A DNA stretch of 64,000 nt, taken from contig OX597823.1 of the NCBI GenBank assembly GCA_951406725.2, forward strand, positions 55,180,001-55,244,000, read 5' to 3'. The notes under the pieces were generated by a model. The model searched no databases. It was not told the DNA's origin and worked only from the letters and a program-made list of their open reading frames with translations. This stretch comes from Octopus vulgaris. Lineage: Eukaryota. Made by a program: the position numbers and the translations under genes. Shown here in pieces: positions 55,240-64,000 of the stretch; within the stretch, counting starts at the first letter, position 1, and every line of letters begins with the position of its first letter.

Positions 55240-55830
55240 TCTTTTCTGTATATAGGTACGTAATATACGTAATGTAACTATCCATCTGTTTTACTAACAA
55301 GCTACACATTTATCTATCAATTTCTTCAAACACTACGCACCTCCTCTTCTTCGTCGATTGTCTTTTATTGTCTTCTGGGCTAGATTTCTTCCAAATACAT
55401 TTTTCAACGCCCACGGGGAAAAATTAGAATTATGCATCAATGTGGGTGTTTATGTTTTCGATTGTAATCATATATACTGCACAGTGTTCCCGTGTGCGTC
55501 ACACTTGTGCGTATCAATATAATTATAAATATATGTATATGCATAATAATATGAGCATGTAAGACACTTTCACGACATGCATACTCGCGTGTGTGTATGT
55601 GCATGTGTGTATGTGCATGTGTGTATGTGTGTGAGTGTGTGTGTGCACGTGCGTGTGTGTGCATGCGCGAGTGTGTGCATGTGTGTATGTGTGTGTGTGT
55701 GTTTAAATTTTGTTTCAGTTTCCTTACATCATACTGCGCCAATCAGTAAGAAAATTCAATTGAATCCTTGCAAATTATTTATATAAGGCAAGCTAAGTTT
55801 TTCATGAGTTTAAATTTCATTTAGCGCGTT

Positions 55831-55878
<48 letters not shown>

Positions 55879-56055
55879 ACGTACATGTACATCAAGTCTC
55901 TGAATATGCTCATATATCTGCATACACAGATACATATGTACATACAACTTATGTATGTGCGCATGTGTTTGTAAATTATATACCTATATATATATACATA
56001 CACGCACATATGTATACATACATATATATACTTACATATATATATATATATACAC

Positions 56056-56111
<56 letters not shown>

Positions 56112-56359
56112 TTACTGTTACAGTCGTCCTCCACGTTCGCTCATTATTCCCACCAACTTTTGGGTGTTGACGCCACCAAAATGAACAATATTTAAAGGCG
56201 TGAAATTGTAATCATTTGGGGACAAAAACTAACGGGAAAGGAGCATATTCAGATCTTGTATGTACATTTTTCGCTTTCTTCCTCTGTCATCCTTCTGTTC
56301 AATTTATTATTATTATGTGAAAGAGCAGTGCAAAGCGACAATGGGGGGGGTAAAATCTC

Positions 56360-56730
56360 ATATGAAGATAAACAGCACATGACCTTGCAGGTGAGGCCCA
56401 GTTAGAATTTTTTTTAAGTCGAGTAGCCCCCCCCCGCCCGCTCAAATGGTCCTTGAATAAGGGTTGCGTAAGGATGTTGAGAAAAACACCCACGTTTCCA
56501 AAGGTGAATTATTCAAACTCCAAAGAATTCCTCTCAACACATGGCTATGATGCCATCCCCACTACTTCTGCGTGGGATCAGAGATGCTCATATCGTCAGC
56601 CACAAAGGCTTTGATCAGACTAAGGCTATAGTAGAAGACACTTGCTCAAGGTGTCACACAGTGGGAACGAACCCCGAACCATGTGGTTGGGAAGCAAACC
56701 ACTTACCACACAGCCATGCCTGCAACCTAT
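56360..56730. repeat. Copy of the 9915-10470 repeat fused to an S2 head (56600-56730, minus)
   Basis: Sequence similarity; junction at GCCACAAAGGC. Confidence 0.7.
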
Positions 56731-56996
56731 ATATGCATACATACATATATACACACATACACGCACACACGCGCACACACACACACACATATACACATGC
56801 ACACACACATGTGCATACATAAAATAGCGTAGGTAGCTATACACAACATAAAACCCAAAAGAGAAAATTACAGTTGTCACTAATTGTGGCTGAGCATGCC
56901 AGGTAGCACCTGTCTTGCTAAAGATAAGCGTTAAAAATCCTTAGAACCTCAAGAAATCCCATTTCCATATTTTGACAGGGGAGATAACCACCCCAA

Positions 56997-57120
<124 letters not shown>

Positions 57121-57258
57121 ATGAGACATCTTGCATATATCATTCAGTATAAAAGTCCAAACGTTACCCATCTAAATTACTCCCCTCAAGTTATTTCCCT
57201 CAGTCTATGATCGTCCTTTAATTATAAAAATTACTAGTGGCTAGTAATTCGTAAATTT

Positions 57259-57300
57259 CAGCTGAAGCGGTCCACTGAGATTGAAACATGCTTGTAACTG
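57259..57300 (+). ncRNA. Hammerhead-like motif (core CUGAAGC)
   Basis: CAG-CUGAAGC-GGUC(CACUGA)GAUU-GAAA-CAUGCUUG-UA-A-CUG. Confidence 0.45.
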
Positions 57301-57602
57301 TTGTTAAGTTGATTGGTGAAAAAAGGATCAGATTTGCCAATAAATATGGAAATTAAAATTATGTAAATTTAATATTTTAATGAAAATAGATCCTAAATTT
57401 CTTGAAATTATGTCCCCTTGTTATTGACAGTTGCTAAGAATTTTCACTAGATTTTTGTTTTCGTTCTACAACTAAAAAGCAAAATTAATCAATTTAGGAG
57501 ATTCAACGAGAGTAATTTAGTCAGTATACTCCTTCTTACCTGAGCTAGGCACGTGCGCGCACACACGCATACATAATACATACATACATACATATATACG
57601 TG

Positions 57603-57650
<48 letters not shown>

Positions 57651-57725
57651 TATAAATACACACACACATATATATATATATGTATCAATAAACAAATATA
57701 CTTGATTGGAGTCAATGAAAGTATG

Positions 57726-57788
<63 letters not shown>

Positions 57789-58452
57789 ATATATATATAT
57801 ATGTGTGTGTATATATATATGTATATGTGTGCGAGTGTTTACACATATCGCACAATATACACTTACATATATATATGTGTGTGTTTGTGTGTGTGTATGT
57901 GTGTGTGTGCGTGCGTATGTGTGTGTGTATGTATGTGTGTGTGTGTGTGTGTGCTTACACGCAAACGCACAACCTCATACACATTCATACATACATGCAA
58001 ACAAATAAATTTGCTCATGAAACGCCAAATCTTATTCCCTCCCTTTCTTTCTCTCTCTCTCTCTCTCCCTCTCCCTGTCTATCTGTCTGTCTCCCTCTCT
58101 CTCTGTGTCCTTCTCTATTTCTGTATCTGTCTATTTCTCTTGCTGTCTCCCTCTATCTCTTCATATGAGTATCTGATGACTATTATACCATTGATTTTCA
58201 AGCAGCTTTGTTCTGTGTTTGTAATCAAGGTTCTGTATTTCTAGAATCAGTAATTATTATAAGATTCCATTGATTTATTCCAATTGCTAGCAGAATATGG
58301 TTCTTCTTTACTTGTTTTCTGATTGGTTGGCCGTTTTCTTTTGGTTTTGATTCCTACATTTTTTCATGCTTTCCTTTAAATTATTTATTTATTTATTTAT
58401 GCATTTTTGGAGGGCTATATCTTGTTTTTATTTAGTGGCGGTTTTTTTCGCT

Positions 58453-58582
<130 letters not shown>

Positions 58583-58674
58583 GTTCTTGTTTTCATTTGA
58601 GATTTGTTTCATTGCAAGTAAGAAATGTCATTTAGTCAATGTAGGAATACAATAGAATAACACTTACATACACC

Positions 58675-58725
<51 letters not shown>

Positions 58726-59141
58726 ACACAGTCATGCATATAGAAGTCTTAGATGCATACGTATATTTTAGTGTTGTTGCCTGGAGGATTGCGTGTGGCG
58801 AGAATCTGTGAATGGCGGCTGACTGATATATAGGATTCGAACGAATAAATAAAGCTCTAATACGTGTAGTGAGTAATTTTTTTTCCCGCTTGTTTACTTG
58901 ACAAAACTCACACATACACACGCACACACATGCATACACTAACACACGCACACGCACGCACGCAACACTCACACAAATACACTCAGACACACCTGTACAC
59001 GCACCTGTGCACAAACACACACTCATTTATGTATGCATTCATCTATGCATCTATGTATGTATATACATTCATACATACACACACACACATATATATATAC
59101 ATGCATACATACATTATATATATATATGAATATATGTATAC

Positions 59142-59193
<52 letters not shown>

Positions 59194-59210
59194 CATACAT
59201 ACATACATAC

Positions 59211-59292
<82 letters not shown>

Positions 59293-59479
59293 GGGCAGAC
59301 ATATATATTATTAAATAAATAAATATATATGTATATTCATATACACAGACATGACAGAAGTATACAGACACACTTATGACATACTTATAATCGTTATAAT
59401 TAATTAAATCTGAAATTATATTTTCAAATTATCTATTAATTATTATAATGTAAATATCTAATATTTAGTAGACATTCTT

Positions 59480-60210
59480 TTCGCACTTTTCAATGCAAGG
59501 CCCCCATTAGGCATGTTACAGATCAGATGACGATTATTCTCTTAGGGAATTTCCTGCTAAGTCACGTATAGTAATCTCAAAACATCTAGCTTTGAGGATG
59601 CCTTCTTTTTCTTTCTATGAAGTGTCATGTCCATTATGCCCCAGAAGTGTTCATTAGAATTCATATCTTGACCATGGAAGCTTTTGAATGTCATTCTCTT
59701 CCAGCAAATTTTGTGTCAATTTTGCCGTGTGAGAAGAGTCTTCTTAAATCATTTCACCACTGGAAAAGATTGGAAGGAGTTCTTTCTGCAATATGAACAC
59801 ATATTTATCTGAGTTTATGTTTCTGTCACACACCACCAGTTCTGATCGACCATTGCCCCAAACTGTTCCCCAGACCATCAAGAATATCTGCCATGTTTCA
59901 TTGTTGGCTCAATTTCATGATCACAGAGTCTCCAGACCCGCATTCGACTACTGTCAGAAAATACAGCAAATTTGGACTCATCTGAGAACATGACAATGTT
60001 CCAAAATGCTAGTGGCCTCTCCACCATCTCACTGGCCTAATCTTTTCTCCGCTTGATATCGGCTTCACGAAGAGGTGGCTTCCTTCTTGTTGCTCTGCCA
60101 TGGTAGCCAAGTTTGTGGAGATCAATTTCCACTTTAGAGATATAAATCCCTTTATTGTCATCAGTATGGCACAACTCAATGTACATAAGTATAAACATCT
60201 GGCATTACTC
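59480..60210 (-). pseudogene. Tc1-family transposase relic
   Basis: RRKPPL.., FWNIVMFSDESKFAVFSDSSRMRVWR, PTMKHG..MVWG, NINSDKYVFIL, SSHTAK..LPW. Confidence 0.85.
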
Positions 60211-60310
60211 ATTAGTACCCTTATTATTATTATTATATTTATATGATTGTATATTTCGTATTAATTGTTACCTATATGGTTTTATTTGAAATCATTATTA
60301 GGTACGCGCA

Positions 60311-60605
60311 AGGCGGCGTGCTGGTAGAATCGTTAACCGGCCAGGCAAAGCGATCATTTTGTCCGTCTATATGTTCTGAGTTCAAATTCCGCCGAGGTCA
60401 ACTTTGCCTTTCATCCTTTAGGCAACAAGAAAATAAGTACCAATGGAGCACTGAGGTTGATGTAATCAAATATCCCCCTCCACCAAAATTTCAGGTATTG
60501 TGCCTGTAGTAGAAAGGATTATTCGGTATGTGTACCAGACAAAAATGCTTCCCGGTATTTCTTCCGGCTTTACGTTCTGAGTTCAAAATCCGCCGAGGTC
60601 GACTA
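60311..60605 (+). mobile_element. SINE S1 plus a partial second copy
   Basis: S1 motifs. Confidence 0.75.
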
Positions 60606-60699
60606 TCTTTTCTGATTTTGATTTAATATAAACTATGTACTCCTAATCAGATGATAATTTAATTTACTTTAGGTTTATCCAACTAAAATATCTAAAATA

Positions 60700-63120
60700 A
60701 TGTCTTATAAGAGAAGTTCTTGGGTCACTCAAAAAAACAAAACATCTGGACGAAGAATCTCATGCAATTTCAAGACTCATATAGGAAAAGAAGAACTGTT
60801 CTTCTGGAAGAGCATTCTTTGGAAAACAACTCTAGGATACCAATGAAACTTCAAATTTTCGGTCGCTTTGAGGTACCATCAAAAGAAGGAAAGAAAGAAC
60901 AAAGGAAATTTCGAAAGGAGTAAGTTTTTTATGGCAAAAGTAATTAAATTTTCCATACTTATAAATTCAAACTTTACAAGCAAAAGTAGTAAAAGTGCTG
61001 AATACCTACGATGTGTAAAACGAGGAAAATACGATATATTGAAAGGCATTTTTGACATCACAAGGAAAAACAGTGAATCGCTGTGCAGAGTGGATATAAA
61101 GTTATATTATCTTCAAATTGAAAGCGAGGGGCAGGAACTGGAAAGGCTGCCAGTTCCAAAACTATCTATCCACCCCAAAAAAGGAAAGTGTCCTTAATGC
61201 CAACTTAACCAGAACAACTTCAGTGTCATCGTCAACGTTTGAAGCAGAGACTGAAAGTGAATATAAAGAGTCCGAAAAATTAAATGAAGAATCCACACAA
61301 ACAAGGAACCAAGTTAGTAATATCTTCCAAGCTATCAACCTCAAAATCAGGAGCGGTTTGTCGACAATTATCTCAAGATGGAATCACTGTCGATAATCTT
61401 ACCAATATGGTATTTACAGATCGACTATCAAAATAGCTGTTAAAATTTTTTAAAAAAGTAAGAAAAAATTGGTCATTGCATTTTGAGGGTAAATATATTG
61501 GCGACCAAGAATACCAAGTGCTAGTTTTAAAGTATGAACAAAAAGAATTTAAGTTAGAAGCACTCCAATTAACAAACGGAAAAGCCGATACTATTGTGAA
61601 AGGAATAACAGCTGTTTTAGATGAATACAATTTATGGAACTGTGTAAAGATGATTGTCGCTGATACAACGAGTGTAAACACTGGGAAAAGAAATGGCATT
61701 GTCACTCAGTTGCAAAGACTGTTCAAAAAGGTTTGAAAGAACCGCAATTTATTGGCTGTCAGGATCATATCCTTTATAGAGCTAATCGTGCTGTAATGGA
61801 TAACGAACTTGGAGGAAAAAGAAGTCATCTCCCGATATTGAATATACATTCATCCCAGAGCTTCTAAGTAATTACGAGAAACTCCAGGCTAACTTCAACA
61901 ATGGTGAAGAAAAGATTACTGAATCAGCAGGATGGCGAGATGACATGAAATTTCTATTTCATTTGACCAGAGTTTTTCATTTCTTTGAAAGAAACCGTAA
62001 AATGTCCTACTGTAAAGTTTCAAAAAACACCCAACTTAAATAATGCAAGATGAAATTCTCGAGCAATACTAGCTCTTTTGGCATTTATTCTTCTACCAGA
62101 GAAAATAATTTTGCTTCTCAATGTTTTTCGATTCATCTCTTACAGTTGGGCAGATTTTTGGCTTACTGACCAAATGTTCAATGCACATGATTATCAGAAG
62201 TTCACATAACTACATAGCCCACAAGTTCATATAAAAGCATTGAACTTTGTAAAAATCTTTTCGAGCCGAGGACCATCACAACTGGAAATTCCCAAAACAA
62301 ATCAGAGTGCAGAACGGGCAATCAAGTGCTTTCAAGATGTTTATGATGTTTGTAAAAAGAAGGAGACACTACAGCATCGAATTATTTTATCTAAGAAAAT
62401 ATATAAATTCTTTATTGAGTTTAAAACTACATAGCCCACAAACAGATGTATTATCAGAAGTTCACATAACTACTTTCTTTGAAAGAAACCGTCAAATTTC
62501 CTACTGTAAAGTTTCAAAAAACACCCAACTTAAATAATGCAAGATGAAATTCTCGAGCAATACTAGCTCTTTTGGCATTTATTCTTCTACCAGAGAAAAT
62601 AATTTTGCTTCTCAATGTTTTTCGATTCATCTCTTACAGTTGGGCAGATTTTTGGCTTACTGACCAAAGAAATGAACAGTTGGACTAAACCCCAATGAAA
62701 AACTCTGGTCAAATGAATTACATAGTACCCTTTTTCTTATACAGTTATTTAAAATTGGAATTAAAACTATAAAGTTAAAAATATGTAGTTTTTTTTTATT
62801 TTGTGTGGTCTTAAAAAAGCCTAGTTTCGAACCTTTGCATAGAGCAATTTCAATTCAATAATCTTTAAAACGTATAAATACATTTTTATTCCACATCTCT
62901 CTTACGTTTACAAGAAATTAGGTAGCGGAAATGCTGAAGTGCGGATCTAGTGCCAACTAGTGATTATAGTGTTAAAAGCCCATAACTCCAAAACTACTTC
63001 AACTAGGAAGCTGTAATTTCAGATATACTATTTCTGCATTGCATTAAGTCAGCACAAGTCTGGTAAAAACTTGAGCAGGCGTTATGAAGCCCACTAGAAT
63101 TTTGCATGATTTGGGTCAAA
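60700..63120 (+). mobile_element. Decayed hAT-superfamily (hATm-like) DNA transposon
   Basis: LHFEGK, MIVADTTSVNTG..G, FIGCQDHIL, WRDDM, NAR*NSRA, IPKTNQSAERAIK across frameshifts; TIRs not confirmed. Confidence 0.75.
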
Positions 63121-63177
63121 AGTGGTGATCGATTTCTTAAGTTGTGGGTGATGTGTTTTAAACAAAGCAAAATAAAT

Positions 63178-63333
63178 GTTCTCTCCTTGTTTATTTCTGT
63201 GTTCCTTCCTTTGGAAGAGCGTAGGTTCGAAACGTTAAAGACTTTTTCACTTCCCGAGCGTTAAGCTAATACATCTGTTTGTTGTCTACACCACCTGTCT
63301 TCGTCTTTTGTTGTTTTTTTTTGTGAATTCTCC

Positions 63334-63336
<3 letters not shown>
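63178..63336 (+). mobile_element. Hammerhead-bearing repeat H1 (motif 63205-63240)
   Basis: CUUC-CUUUGGA-A-GAGC(GUAG)GUUC-GAAA-CG-UU-AAAG; AATTCTCCC 3' end then (TA)n. Confidence 0.7.
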
Positions 63337-63381
<45 letters not shown>

Positions 63382-63479
63382 GTATTATGTATGTATGTAT
63401 ATGTGTGTTTATACATAGATACAGACATACATACATACATACGTACGTATGTATGTATGTATGTATGTATGTATGTATA

Positions 63480-63624
63480 AGAGCAGGATTGGTTGTGTGG
63501 TATGAAATATACTTCCCAACCACATTGTTTGGGGTTTAGTCCAACTGTGTAGCATCTTAGGCAAGTATCTTCTACTATAACCGCGTGAGTAGATTTGGCA
63601 GACGGAAACTGAAAGCAACCCTAC

Positions 63625-63656
<32 letters not shown>

Positions 63657-63862
63657 ATGCTTGTGTGTGTTTATGAATGTGTATCTTTGTATTTATATTT
63701 CGTCCTCTCACCATTTTTTTTTTTTTTTACATTCCTGTAACTTAGCGGTTCGGTAAAAGAAAACCTGTAATATATGTACCGAAAGTACTGGGATCGATTA
63801 TTTCGACTATCTCCGTTAACGGTGTTAGTATTGCCGCATTTCAATGAATGAGACAAAAGACA
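63480..63862 (+). mobile_element. SINE S2, diverged
   Basis: Head, CORE-like segment, (TG)n and tail. Confidence 0.75.
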
Positions 63863-63907
63863 ATATATAACAGTGTCGAAGGATGGAGTACAAAAATGAA
63901 AAAATAG

Positions 63908-63999
63908 AGAAGAAGAAGAAGAAGAAGAAGAAGAAGAAGAAGAAGAAGAAGAAGAAGAAGAAGAAGAAGAAGAAGAAGAAGAAAAAGAAGAAGAAGAAG
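63908..63999. repeat. (GAA)n microsatellite; representative of very many simple repeats throughout the window
   Basis: Direct reading. Confidence 0.95.
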
Positions 64000-64000
64000 T

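Overview
AT-rich, microsatellite-saturated eukaryotic DNA, intergenic or intronic. The SINE/LINE inventory suggests an octopod cephalopod (inference). I find no intact host protein-coding gene; almost all listed ORFs are translations of (TA)n, (CA)n, (TAA)n, (TAGA)n or (CT)n tracts. Recognisable content is decayed mobile DNA: a CR1-type LINE RT, several R4/Dong-type restriction-like-endonuclease LINE fragments, several Penelope-like (GIY-YIG) fragments, two non-autonomous Helitrons, Tc1, mariner and hATm-like transposase relics, and many copies of at least four tRNA-derived SINE families. The main hidden signal is about 11 minimal type I hammerhead-ribozyme-like motifs from several unrelated sequence families. 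Most have a palindromic (dimer-forming) stem III, several have non-canonical cores (U3-A8, A6U, A9C), and most lie 35-160 nt upstream of an element 3' end that abuts a (TA)n microsatellite. All identifications were made by eye; boundaries of decayed repeats are approximate.
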